Source: Candidatus Bathyarchaeia archaeon (GTDB lineage: Archaea > Thermoproteota > Bathyarchaeia > Bathyarchaeales > Bathycorpusculaceae). From it: a DNA stretch of 64,000 bases. Each line of letters begins with the position of its first letter. Position 1 is the stretch's first letter. Both the position numbers and the translations under genes were made by a program. Under the pieces are notes generated by a model. It did not search any database, had not been told where the DNA came from, and saw nothing but the letters and a program-made list of their open reading frames with translations. Of the stretch, positions 51,365-61,054 are shown piece by piece. The stretch spans positions 39,144 to 103,143 of the forward strand of contig JAVZLK010000005.1 in assembly GCA_038883795.1 (NCBI GenBank), given 5' to 3'.

Positions 51365-52192
51365 ATGGAAAGAACTAAACTTAAGCCCATCACAAAAAGT
51401 AGGCTAATAACTGATTTAAATAAACTTGGAGTTAGTTCAGGCGACACTATCATGCTCCATGCTTCCGTTAAGGCTATAGGCTGGATTGTAGGCGGTCCAA
51501 ATGTCGTCATTCAAGCATTGCTCGAAGTTTTGGGCAGAGAAGGGACGTTGATGATGCTTGCAAGCTGGGAAGACTCGCCTTGGGGAGCACCTTACAAGTT
51601 TGCTGAATGGCCAGAGGAATGGCAGAAGGCGTACTTGGAAGAGTTTCCTCCTTTTGACCCAGCCACATCCCGAGCTCATGTAAAATGGAGTATCCTAACC
51701 GAATATTTACGCACATGGCCAGGCGCTTACAGAAGCAGCAATCCAGAAGCTTCATGTGTAGCCGTTGGCGCAAAAGCAAAGTGGCTGACTGAAAACCACC
51801 CCCTTCAATATGGGTATGGACCGGGTTCACCGTTTGCCAAGTTATGTGAAGCTAAAGGTAAGGTTTTGCTTTTAGGTGCTCCTTTTGGCTCCATCACGCT
51901 TATGCATTACGCTGAACACTTGGCTAATGTGCCTAACAAGCTTGTCATACGCTATAAAGTGCCGATTTTACAAGATGGCAGAAAGGTGTGGGTTCAGGTT
52001 GAAGAGTTTGACACTTGTGGAAATGTTTTGCCAAATGCTGTAGAATATTTTGAGGCTATTCCGAGAGAGTTTTTGGCTTCTGGCAAGGGGCGCTCTGGAA
52101 AGGTTGGAGAAGCCCAATCTTACCTTTTTGATGCTGCAGAATTTGTCAGGTTTGCTGTTGAGTGGCTTGAGAAGAAATATGGCACAAAATAA
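51365..52192 (+). CDS. Aminoglycoside 3-N-acetyltransferase (AAC(3)/Antibiotic_NAT) family protein
   Basis: MLHASVKAIG..VGG, GTLMM, PFDPATS, RSSNP..S..AVG, GPGSP and LLLG..ITLMHYAE. Confidence 0.88.
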   Translation: MERTKLKPITKSRLITDLNKLGVSSGDTIMLHASVKAIGWIVGGPNVVIQALLEVLGREGTLMMLASWEDSPWGAPYKFAEWPEEWQKAYLEEFPPFDPATSRAHVKWSILTEYLRTWPGAYRSSNPEASCVAVGAKAKWLTENHPLQYGYGPGSPFAKLCEAKGKVLLLGAPFGSITLMHYAEHLANVPNKLVIRYKVPILQDGRKVWVQVEEFDTCGNVLPNAVEYFEAIPREFLASGKGRSGKVGEAQSYLFDAAEFVRFAVEWLEKKYGTK

Positions 52193-52279
52193 TCTGAAAA
52201 GAGCTTAAGCTTACCATTACAAATTAATAGTGGCTTAACCATTTTTCAACTCTAAAATACTAGAGAGGGTAGGCAATTT

Positions 52280-53821
52280 ATGGCTTCGAAACCAGTTAAA
52301 ATCACTGACACAACATTTAGAGATGCTCATCAATCGCTTATGGCTACAAGAATGCGCACAGACGCCATGCTTCCAATAGCTGAAAAAATCGACCAAGTTG
52401 GCTTTTTCTCTTTGGAGATGTGGGGAGGAGCCACATTCGATGTTTGCATACGCTATTTAGGCGAAGACCCTTGGGAGAGAATACGCCAGCTAAAGCGTCG
52501 CATAAAAAGGACACCGCTTCAGATGCTTTTGCGTGGACAAAACATTGTTGGCTATCGCAATTATCCAGATGATGTTCTCATAAAATTTGTTGAAAAGGCA
52601 GCTGAAAATGGCATTGACATATTTCGAGTTTTTGACGCCTTGAACGACATAAGAAACATGGAAGTAGCCATAAAAACCGTTAAAAAGGTCGGCAAACATG
52701 CTCAAGGAACCATTTGCTACACCATAAGCCCGGTCCACACAATACAATATTATGTTAAAGTTGCCAAGAAATTGGCAGAACTTGACTGTGATTCCATATG
52801 CATAAAAGACATGGCTGGAATGCTTGCACCACAACCAGCCTATGAGCTTATAACCGCCTTAAAAAAGGAGGTAAGCCTACCCATACACTTGCACAGTCAC
52901 AGCACAAGCGGCATGGTTATGATGACATACCTCCGCGCATGCGAAGCCGGAGTAGACATAATCGACACAGCTTTTTCACCATTAGCATGGGGCACCTCAC
53001 AACCGCCAGTGGAATCTATCGTAGCTGCCTTAAAGGGAACACCATACGACCCTGGACTAAACTTGGAACTTTTAAGCGAAATTGCAGATTACTTCAGAGA
53101 ATTGCGAGAAAAATATTATGACCCTTTAAAATTGATAGACCAAAAAGCTGAACGGGTTGACCCATCCATCATTGTGCATCAAATTCCGGGCGGAATGTTC
53201 TCCAACCTCCTTGAACAGTTAAGGGAGCAAAAAGCCCTTGACAAGTTAAGAGATGTTTTAGAAGAGGTTCCGAGGGTTAGGAAAGAGTTGGGTTATCCTC
53301 CCTTAGTTACGCCTACAAGTCAGCTTGTGGGTATACAAGCCGTTTTTAATGTTATTTCTGGTAAACGTTACAGCATAGTGCCGAAAGAGATAAAGGATTA
53401 TGTGAAGGGCCTATATGGAAAACCGCCAGCTCCCATAGACCCTAAAGTTAAAAAGAAGATAATAGGCGATGAAAAACCAATAACTTGTCGTCCAGCCGAC
53501 CTTTTAGAAAGCGCCCTTGACAAAATTCCAGAGGAAGTAAAACCCTATATTGAAAGCGAAGAGGATAAGATAACGTATGCGCTTTTTCCACAAGTAGCCC
53601 TAGAATTCTTCAAAAAGAGAAAAGCAAAAAGGGAAGAAACCAAAGTTGAAATTCCACCAGAAAAGGCTGCAGAGTTGGAGGATGTTGCCGCAGTTTCCGT
53701 GGCTGTTGCCACCTACATAAAAAGTTTAGGAAAAGCCAAAGCATTAATACCTTTGCGAACAAAGAGTGCAGCATCTGCTTGGGTTTTGGCTGGTCGAAAA
53801 AGCTTGGAACTTGGTGTTTAA
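52280..53821 (+). CDS. Pyruvate/oxaloacetate carboxyltransferase (PycB/OadA/transcarboxylase 5S-like) without a biotin domain
   Basis: RDAHQSL, WGGATFD, QMLLRG, IKDMAG, HLHSH, HQIPGGM and GYPPLVTPTSQ; no AMKM; short amphipathic tail. Confidence 0.93.
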   Translation: MASKPVKITDTTFRDAHQSLMATRMRTDAMLPIAEKIDQVGFFSLEMWGGATFDVCIRYLGEDPWERIRQLKRRIKRTPLQMLLRGQNIVGYRNYPDDVLIKFVEKAAENGIDIFRVFDALNDIRNMEVAIKTVKKVGKHAQGTICYTISPVHTIQYYVKVAKKLAELDCDSICIKDMAGMLAPQPAYELITALKKEVSLPIHLHSHSTSGMVMMTYLRACEAGVDIIDTAFSPLAWGTSQPPVESIVAALKGTPYDPGLNLELLSEIADYFRELREKYYDPLKLIDQKAERVDPSIIVHQIPGGMFSNLLEQLREQKALDKLRDVLEEVPRVRKELGYPPLVTPTSQLVGIQAVFNVISGKRYSIVPKEIKDYVKGLYGKPPAPIDPKVKKKIIGDEKPITCRPADLLESALDKIPEEVKPYIESEEDKITYALFPQVALEFFKKRKAKREETKVEIPPEKAAELEDVAAVSVAVATYIKSLGKAKALIPLRTKSAASAWVLAGRKSLELGV

Positions 53822-53822
53822 A

Positions 53823-54377
53823 ATGCCAGTTTACGAAGTTTTCATCGACGGCAAACCAAGAAAAATTGAGTTAACAAAAACTGGAGAGAACACTTTTACA
53901 GTGAACTTGGATGGAAAACCTTTAAAAGTGGAGTTACACGCGGAAAGGCTTACGTTGGAAAAGGGTTTTTCCATAAACATTGATGGCAAAACATACGGGG
54001 TAAGTTTGCCAGAACTAAAAAGGGAAGGGCCTTTTTCAGTTAAAGTTGAAGAGGCAGTTTTTAAAGCTGAAGTTAAAATACCAACGAGAAAACCTACATT
54101 GACAACTTTCGAACCTACCACGGTAACGCCTACGATAAGACCTGTGGAAACAAGGGCAGCAGTAGAAGGAGCTGTGACTGCACCCATGACTGGGAAAATT
54201 CTTTCAATAAAAGTTAAAAAGGGAGAACAAGTGAAAGCTGGACAAGTTCTTTGTATTCTTGAAGCTATGAAGATGGAAAATGAGATTGCAGCCCCAAAAA
54301 GTGGGGCCGTTCAAGAAATACTTGTTTCTGAGGGTTCCTCGGTCAGCGAAGGCGAAGCCCTTTTCATTATCGCCTAG
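53823..54377 (+). CDS. Biotin carboxyl carrier protein with N-terminal beta-rich (BT-like) domain
   Basis: APMTG...EAMKMEN biotinylation motif. ATG at 53823 follows the upstream stop; the ORF-track start 53766 is likely too early. Confidence 0.92.
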   Translation: MPVYEVFIDGKPRKIELTKTGENTFTVNLDGKPLKVELHAERLTLEKGFSINIDGKTYGVSLPELKREGPFSVKVEEAVFKAEVKIPTRKPTLTTFEPTTVTPTIRPVETRAAVEGAVTAPMTGKILSIKVKKGEQVKAGQVLCILEAMKMENEIAAPKSGAVQEILVSEGSSVSEGEALFIIA

Positions 54378-56068
54378 AAAATGGAAGGCGGTTTATACTC
54401 TCCGAAAACCTCCCGTAGGGTGTCGCAGATTTCGCCTATAGTCGCGTATTCTTTTACTGCCTGAATTATGAATGGCATGAGATTCACATTTTCTTTCTCA
54501 GCCGCCAAGCGTAACTTATTCAAAGCTTCTTTAACTTTCAGCTGGTTTCTTTGCTGTTTTATTTGTTTTAGGCGTTCTACAAGCGTCTTTTCTATTTCTG
54601 GGTCTATTTGCAAAATTTTTATTGGCGTTTCCTCGCGTGTTACAAACTCGTTCACTCCAACAATTATGCGCTTTTTTGTTTCCACCTCCATTTGGAAGCG
54701 ATAAGCACTTTCCACAATTTCTCTTTGCATGAAACCCTTTTCGATGGCTGCAACAGCCCCTCCCATCTCATCAATTTTTTCAATGTATTTTGCCGCGCGT
54801 TCTTCTATCTCGTTTGTCAAATATTCTACATAATATGCGCCTGCAAGAGGGTCTATAGTTTCGGCTACACCACTTTCATAGGCTATTATCTGCTGGGTCC
54901 TAAGCGCGATAGTTACGGCTTGTTCGCTTGGCAAGGCATAAGCCTCATCAAAAGAGTTCGTATGCAAAGACTGCGTTCCGCCCAAAACTGCAGCCAAAGC
55001 TTGAAGGGCAACCCTAACTATATTATTGTAAGGTTGCTGCGCCGTTAGAGAAACACCAGAAGTTTGCGTGTGAAAACGCAACATCCATGACGCGGGGTTT
55101 TTGGCTTTAAAGCGTTCCCGCATTATTTTAGCCCACAACCTTCTAGCAGCTCTAAATTTGGCTATTTCTTCAAAGAAGTTGTTGTGAGCTGCAAAAAAGA
55201 AGGATAACCTGCCCGCAAACCTATCCAAGTCTAAGCCCCTTTCGATGGCTGCTTGCACATAGGCTATGCCATTTGCCAGCGTGAAGGCTACTTCTTGAAC
55301 GGCTGTTGCTCCAGCCTCGCGAATGTGGTAACCACTTATGCTTATAGTGTTCCATAGAGGCATGTGTTGAGAGCAATACTCAAATATGTCTGTGACCAAG
55401 CGCATGGATGGTTTAGGCGGAAAAATGTACATGCCTCTGGCTGCATACTCCTTCAAAATATCATTCTGCACCGTTCCTCCAAGCTGAGATGGCTCGGCGC
55501 CTTGTTTTTGTCCGACAGCTATGTACATGGCAAGCAAAACGGTTGCTGGAGCATTAATGGTCATGGAAGTGGTAATTTCTTTTAGGGGAATCCCGTCGAA
55601 AACTATTTCCACATCCTTTAACGTGCTAACGCTTACGCCAGCCCTTCCAACCTCGCCTCGTGCCATGGGATGATCACAGTCATAACCCACTTGTGTTGGA
55701 AAGTCAAAAGCTACGCTTAAACCTCTTTGCCCTTGCTGGAGGAGATATTTAAAGCGCTGATTTGTTTGTTCAGCCGTGCCAAAACCAGCATACTGCCTCA
55801 TAGTCCACAATCTAGCCCTATACATAGTTGGATAAACGCCACGAGTGAAGGGATACTCGCCTGGAAAGCCTAAATCTCTTAAATAGTCAAGTTTTTCAAT
55901 ATCAACGGGCGTGTAAACCCTACTTATTGGAATCTCCGAACTCGTTAAAAACTCACCCCTCTCGGGAAGCTTATCAAAACTTCTTGCTACGGTTTCTTTT
56001 TCCCACCTTTCTCTACGGTGCTTGATTTCCTCTATTCTTTGCTTGTCAAACACCATTGAAAACACCAA
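54374..56068 (-). CDS. Methylmalonyl-CoA mutase, substrate-binding large subunit (no B12-binding domain)
   Basis: [18 protein letters not shown] (Tyr of MCM specificity), [29 protein letters not shown] and GGTQSLHTN. Confidence 0.95.
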   Translation of the reverse strand: MVFSMVFDKQRIEEIKHRRERWEKETVARSFDKLPERGEFLTSSEIPISRVYTPVDIEKLDYLRDLGFPGEYPFTRGVYPTMYRARLWTMRQYAGFGTAEQTNQRFKYLLQQGQRGLSVAFDFPTQVGYDCDHPMARGEVGRAGVSVSTLKDVEIVFDGIPLKEITTSMTINAPATVLLAMYIAVGQKQGAEPSQLGGTVQNDILKEYAARGMYIFPPKPSMRLVTDIFEYCSQHMPLWNTISISGYHIREAGATAVQEVAFTLANGIAYVQAAIERGLDLDRFAGRLSFFFAAHNNFFEEIAKFRAARRLWAKIMRERFKAKNPASWMLRFHTQTSGVSLTAQQPYNNIVRVALQALAAVLGGTQSLHTNSFDEAYALPSEQAVTIALRTQQIIAYESGVAETIDPLAGAYYVEYLTNEIEERAAKYIEKIDEMGGAVAAIEKGFMQREIVESAYRFQMEVETKKRIIVGVNEFVTREETPIKILQIDPEIEKTLVERLKQIKQQRNQLKVKEALNKLRLAAEKENVNLMPFIIQAVKEYATIGEICDTLREVFGEYKPPSIF

Positions 56069-56214
56069 CCAAACCTGCTTTAGGCATCTTCAATTGTTTC
56101 ATATATTTAGATATTTTCTTAGGTAGATGCTTTTTATAAAAAGAATTTTAGAATCTAACAGTCTTTAACGCTTTCCTACCATAAAGCCAATCAAAACTAT
56201 TCATGAGAGACAAA

Positions 56215-56979
56215 TCACTTCCGTCCAACAACAAAAACAAACTTATTAATCTGTTTTATCCGGTTGCCATATTTTCTTTTGACCCTTTCCTGAAATATCT
56301 TAAATCCTTTTTGAAAAGAGTCTTCGCTGAGCAAGGTTAGGGTTGATACGTATTTGTTTCTAACTCTTTTCAAATACTCATCTGTAGCGATGTATCCCCT
56401 ATCATATCTGAGGATGTGATAATGAACGTCCCTGAAACCGGCCATTTTCATCATTTTCTTTAGCGAAGGAATTGTTGGAAACCGTTTCAGGTCTATCGCT
56501 AGCACTCCTGGAAAATGACGGAGAACGTGCTCTCTAATTCGAGCATGTGAGTTCGTCAAAATAACACATTTTCCTTCTTTCTTTAAGACGCGGTGAATTT
56601 CTTGCAGAGCCAGCTTTTTATCTTCTATATGATGAATAACCAAAGTCATGTAAACGCAATTAAAAACGCTGTCTCTAAAAGGCAATCTTTGTCCATCCCC
56701 TCTAATCCACAGAATAAGTTTAGATTTATCTTTCGCTAGGGCTTGTTTAAGCATTTCAACCGAAGGGTCCAAAGCAAAGAGCAAGCAGTTTTTCGCAACC
56801 GATATGCCCAGCGAAAATCAGCCAGTGCCGCATCCCACGTCTAAAACAATACATTTCGGTTCAATTTTTCCATATTCAATAATTTTTGAAAGCCAATAAT
56901 CAACGTCACTCATTCTAAATCTATCATAATATTTCGCAATCTGCGAATAATCAGTCTTCGGAATCCCAGATTTATACAT
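56215..56979 (-). pseudogene. Class I SAM-dependent methyltransferase interrupted by an in-frame TGA at 56818..56820
   Basis: The frame continues upstream of the ORF-track call: MYKSGIPKTDYSQIAKYYDRFR...IVLDVGCGTG*FSLGISVAKNCLLFALDPSVEML. The stop lies right after SAM motif I. Confidence 0.8.
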
Positions 56980-57013
56980 GACGTTCTTTCCAAGTTCCTA
57001 CTTTTATTGTCAC

Positions 57014-57466
57014 TTAATATTTATTTTCGCTATCTGATGAGTCTTCCTTCATTATTTTTACAGCTTCTTTTAGAAACTTTTCAAAGAAACTTCTTTTTAG
57101 TTTTGGTCCTTTGCCAATGTTTGGGCACTCAGTTGTGTATGTGAATTTGAATTTACCATTTTTGGCATTTTCAAGTTGGAAGGGGTAGAATTTGCATATC
57201 AACGGTCTTATCCTATAAATGGAGCATAGATTATCTTTAAGGAATACGCATTTTCCTTCTGCAGTTTTTCTCATCAGATAAACGTAAGGCTTAGCACCTT
57301 CAATCTTTTCGGCAAATTCCCCAATATTTTTTGAAGTTTTCTTCGCTATGCGTTCAACTTCTACCTCTAAAAGAAGAATATGCCTAACTTTTTCTTTGGT
57401 GTTGCCACAGCATAGGGCGCATCTTTCGCATTTGAAACGAATATTTTTGGGATATTCAAAATCCAA
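57014..57466 (-). CDS. YkgJ/FliB-family CxxCxxCC protein
   Basis: FKCERCALCCG...CVFL...CSIY..RPLICKFYPF...CP. Probable TTG start at 57466; the ORF track extends into the upstream gene. Confidence 0.85.
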   Translation of the reverse strand: MDFEYPKNIRFKCERCALCCGNTKEKVRHILLLEVEVERIAKKTSKNIGEFAEKIEGAKPYVYLMRKTAEGKCVFLKDNLCSIYRIRPLICKFYPFQLENAKNGKFKFTYTTECPNIGKGPKLKRSFFEKFLKEAVKIMKEDSSDSENKY

Positions 57467-57489
57467 TTGTTGTCTCTCAAAAATTGCGT

Positions 57490-58020
57490 TTAGTATTTGC
57501 CTATTTCCTCTCCAACTTTGTAAAAGAAACCGTCTTCGCCTATCCATTTATACAGCAAACCCTCATTCCACTTGTAGCCTTTGCGAACATGAGCAGCAAC
57601 CACCTCGCTTATAAACCAAACGTGGTCGCCAACCTCCACCTCTTTAACAACCTTACATTCAATGCTAACAGGACTTTCCTTAATTAGAGGCGCATTTACT
57701 TTGCTTCCCTTTTCTGGAGTAAGCTTAGCCGCTTCAAATTTGTCCACTTCTCGCCCTGATTTCTTCCCGCAGATTCTTACAGCTTCGATAAGGTTTTCAT
57801 CCACCGCATTTACTACATACTCTTTGCTTTGGCGAATTAGTTCATAAGAGTATCTTGAAGGGGCTATGCCAACACCGACGAGAGTTGGTTTTCCAGAGAA
57901 TAAAGCGAACATGCCAATGGTTATGATGTTCTTTTTGCCTTTATGTTCCATGGAAACCAAATAAACTGACCTTATGGGAAATTGCCTCAACCCTTCAGAA
58001 ACTGAAACTTCCTCCTTCAT
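57490..58020 (-). CDS. Flavin reductase-like (flavoredoxin) protein
   Basis: KNIITIG...SRYSYELI...SGREVDKF...IECKV..GDH. Confidence 0.88.
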   Translation of the reverse strand: MKEEVSVSEGLRQFPIRSVYLVSMEHKGKKNIITIGMFALFSGKPTLVGVGIAPSRYSYELIRQSKEYVVNAVDENLIEAVRICGKKSGREVDKFEAAKLTPEKGSKVNAPLIKESPVSIECKVVKEVEVGDHVWFISEVVAAHVRKGYKWNEGLLYKWIGEDGFFYKVGEEIGKY

Positions 58021-58152
58021 CCTACAAACTTCCTAAAGGCGTAAAAATGTTAACAGCTCAACCCGATATTAATCTAGCGATTAAAAATGCAAAAATGATT
58101 TTATTAATGAGTTTGAACCATGATATTATAGAAGTCTTCGGGGGGTTCACCA

Positions 58153-58443
58153 TTGAAGGTTAAGGTGGAATACTTCGGCCACGTGAGAAACATCATAAAA
58201 AGTGGTCGAGAAGAAGAAATAGAGATTAAAGAAGACGCTTCCATAGCGGACTTACTGCTTAGGCTTTCTGAAAAATATGGCGAACCCTTCCAAAAGGCTT
58301 TTTACGAACCAAAGGGCAAGGATGTGAAAACAAACTACATAATAACAGTGAATGGTTACCTACTTAATCAGTTGGATGGCATAAAAACAAAGCTTAAAAA
58401 CGGAGACCACGTGGCTTTACTTCCCATAGTCAGTGGCGGATAA
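58153..58443 (+). CDS. MoaD/ThiS/SAMP ubiquitin-like sulfur carrier
   Basis: Beta-grasp pattern VKVEYFG...VNG...LKNGDHVALLPIVSGG with C-terminal GG. Confidence 0.92.
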   Translation: MKVKVEYFGHVRNIIKSGREEEIEIKEDASIADLLLRLSEKYGEPFQKAFYEPKGKDVKTNYIITVNGYLLNQLDGIKTKLKNGDHVALLPIVSGG

Positions 58444-58513
58444 AAACCAACTCTTTTGCAAAAGATTTTAAACTAAACGCTAACCTATGATTGGTTTCTG
58501 GAAAGTGAAATAA

Positions 58514-59587
58514 ATGAATAGAATAGAAGCTTTAAAACAGAAAGCTTTTGAAGAAAAAGGCTTTGATGGATTTTTAATTGCAAATGAAATTAACGCTTTA
58601 TATTTCTCCCACTGCCCTGGGTTAGCTTGCTTACTAATACCAAAAAGTGGCGAGAACAAAGCCTATGTTTACAATGTCAACTACGAACAGGCAAAAGCTG
58701 AAGCTAAAGATTTTAAGGTTGAGCTGGTGAAGCGCAACGAGAATTTGATGGCAAAGATTGCCCAACAAGCAAAGGCTTTCAAGATTAAAAAGTTAGCCAT
58801 AGACACGCTTAACGTTGAAAATTACCGCAAACTTGCTAAAGAATTGAGGGGCAAAATAAAGCTAAAGGTTAGAGGAAATCTTGTCTGGGAACTGCGAAAG
58901 GTTAAGGATGAAGATGAGCTTGAGTTTATGCGGAAAGCCGGAAAAATAACAAATGAGGGAATGAAAGTTGCCTACGAAGTAATTAGGCCTGGAATGAAAG
59001 AGATTGAAGCTGCTGCAGAAATAGAATATGCCATGCGAAAAAGGGGTTCTTGGGGAACAGCCTTCGAAACCATAGTGGCTTCTGGTGTTCGTTCAGCCTT
59101 TCCCCATGGTGGCTGCACAGACAAAGAAATTAAAAACAGCGACTTAGTTGTTGTTGACGTAGGAGCAGCTTACAAATATTATCGCTCAGACATGACAAGA
59201 ACCCTTGTAGCTGGAAAACCATCCAATAAGCAACTCAAAATTTACGAAATTGTTAAAGAGGCACAAGAAAAAGCCTTCCGAGCAGTAAAACCAAAAGCAA
59301 AAGCAAAGGAAATAGACGATGCCGCAAGAAAAATCATAGAAAAGGCTGGATACGGAGAATATTTCGTCCACGGACTAGGCCACGGCGTAGGCTTAGAAGT
59401 TCATGAACCACCAACACTGAATCCGGAAAGCAAGGATAGGCTGGCAATTGGAAATGTGGTGACAATAGAGCCTGGCATATACGTTATTGGTTTTGGAGGT
59501 GTTCGCATAGAAGACACGGTTTTAGTGAAAAGGGATGGAGCAGAGAAATTCACGGAAGGCTTCTATACTCTAGAGAGTGTGAGATGA
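58514..59587 (+). CDS. Xaa-Pro aminopeptidase/prolidase (M24B)
   Basis: SAFPHG, VDVG...SDMTRT, HGLGHGVGLEVHE, IEPGIY and GVRIED. Confidence 0.93.
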   Translation: MNRIEALKQKAFEEKGFDGFLIANEINALYFSHCPGLACLLIPKSGENKAYVYNVNYEQAKAEAKDFKVELVKRNENLMAKIAQQAKAFKIKKLAIDTLNVENYRKLAKELRGKIKLKVRGNLVWELRKVKDEDELEFMRKAGKITNEGMKVAYEVIRPGMKEIEAAAEIEYAMRKRGSWGTAFETIVASGVRSAFPHGGCTDKEIKNSDLVVVDVGAAYKYYRSDMTRTLVAGKPSNKQLKIYEIVKEAQEKAFRAVKPKAKAKEIDDAARKIIEKAGYGEYFVHGLGHGVGLEVHEPPTLNPESKDRLAIGNVVTIEPGIYVIGFGGVRIEDTVLVKRDGAEKFTEGFYTLESVR

Positions 59588-59613
59588 TTAGTTTAAATAT
59601 GACGTAAGGCATA

Positions 59614-60204
59614 ATGGACTGTCGAAGGTGGAGCGCCTTGAATAAAAGCGCCGTAATAATAATTGATATGCTGAATGATTTTGTTACTGGAGACCTAAAA
59701 TGTGAAAGAGCAAAACATATAATTCCAAATCTTAAGAGGCTTGTGGAGGCTGCCCGCAAACACGGCGTTCCAGTCATTTACAGCAACGACGCCCACTACC
59801 CCAACGACTTCGAAGTCATTCATAGGTGGGGAAAACATGCCATAAAAGGAACAAAAGGAGCAGAAGTAATCCCAGAACTTAAGCCTACAGAGAAGGATTT
59901 TATTGTGGAAAAAAGAACCTATAGCGGCTTTTACGAGACTGGTTTGGACCCGTTGCTCAGAAGCCTATACAACGGAGAGGGAGCAAAAACAGTGATTTTG
60001 GGTGGACTGCACACACATATATGTGTGAGGCATACGGCAGCAGATGCCTTCTTTAGAGGATACAAAATAATAATAGCGAAGGATGGGGTGGAATCTTTTA
60101 CGCAAGAAGACCATGAGCAAGGATTGAAGTATTTGGAATATGTTTACAATGCAAAAATAATGACGGTTGACGAAATTATAAAGGAAATGGGCAAAAAAGC
60201 TTAG
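59614..60204 (+). CDS. Isochorismatase/nicotinamidase-family cysteine hydrolase
   Basis: IIDMLNDF, DAH, EKRTYSGF and THICVRHT. Confidence 0.9.
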   Translation: MDCRRWSALNKSAVIIIDMLNDFVTGDLKCERAKHIIPNLKRLVEAARKHGVPVIYSNDAHYPNDFEVIHRWGKHAIKGTKGAEVIPELKPTEKDFIVEKRTYSGFYETGLDPLLRSLYNGEGAKTVILGGLHTHICVRHTAADAFFRGYKIIIAKDGVESFTQEDHEQGLKYLEYVYNAKIMTVDEIIKEMGKKA

Positions 60205-60215
60205 GTGAAAATTGA

Positions 60216-61016
60216 GTGCAAGAAAAAGTGAGAATTGAAAATCTTCAAGAGTCAAACATAGAAGACCTCATTTACGTTTGCTCTTCCAAAAGGCTTAGCG
60301 ACCCAATCCATCAACAAGGCATGGCATTAAAAAGACAATGGCTGCATGAAATGCTTAACACTTGGAGATCTTGCGCAAAAATCGCCTACTACAACGGAAA
60401 ACCTGCGGCGCAAATACTCTATTACCCAGAAGAGGCTGATATAACAAAAGGGTTTAGGCGGGAAGGCGTTCTAATAATAAACTGCATTTATAATCCCACA
60501 TCAGAAGCGCAGAAAATTGGAATAGGCTCTAGATTATTGCGGGAAGTAATTTTAGATGTTAAAAGGAAGAAATCGTGTTTGGGCAATAAGCCATGCAAAT
60601 TTATTTTGGCAAAAGCTTTCAACACTGGCGAATTGCTTCCAATGCCAGAATTTTACAAGAAAAATGGTTTTCTCCCAACCACCGAAGGAGGCATGCTATA
60701 CCTTCCAATTGAGGGCAAATATGAGCCTACTCCAAAAGTAAAGTATGAACCTTTAAAAGAGGATAAGGGCAAAGCTACAATATTTTATGGACCAGTATGC
60801 CAATTCTCTTATTCATTCGCAAGAAGAATAGAGCAAATTATCAGAGAAGTTTTGCCAAACATAAAAATTGAAATGATAAACGAGTGGGAAAAGCCAGAGG
60901 AATCAATAAAACGCAATTGGTGGTTGATAGTTAATGCCAAGCCGATACAAACTTTCTTCATGGACACAGAAAATTTCAAAAAGGAAGTGAAAGAAGCGGC
61001 AAGCCAAAACCTCTAA
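60216..61016 (+). CDS. GNAT acetyltransferase with a thioredoxin-like C-terminus (YoaP-like)
   Basis: INCIY...QKIGIGSRLL...FYKKNGF; C-terminal YGPVCQFS. Confidence 0.7.
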   Translation: MQEKVRIENLQESNIEDLIYVCSSKRLSDPIHQQGMALKRQWLHEMLNTWRSCAKIAYYNGKPAAQILYYPEEADITKGFRREGVLIINCIYNPTSEAQKIGIGSRLLREVILDVKRKKSCLGNKPCKFILAKAFNTGELLPMPEFYKKNGFLPTTEGGMLYLPIEGKYEPTPKVKYEPLKEDKGKATIFYGPVCQFSYSFARRIEQIIREVLPNIKIEMINEWEKPEESIKRNWWLIVNAKPIQTFFMDTENFKKEVKEAASQNL

Positions 61017-61054
61017 TTACCCATGCAATTAATAATGAATGGTTGTGACGTGGT

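Noticed and set aside
56818-56820. Selenocysteine recoding of the in-frame TGA
   Set aside because: The position is not a catalytic Cys site, I saw no SECIS-like element, and typical archaeal selenoprotein families here (HdrA, MvhD, MvhA) are uninterrupted Cys forms.
58452-58465. Perfect 14-bp palindrome TCTTTTGCAAAAGA upstream of the prolidase gene
   Set aside because: It occurs once and overlaps a likely terminator T-run and BRE/TATA, with no further support.
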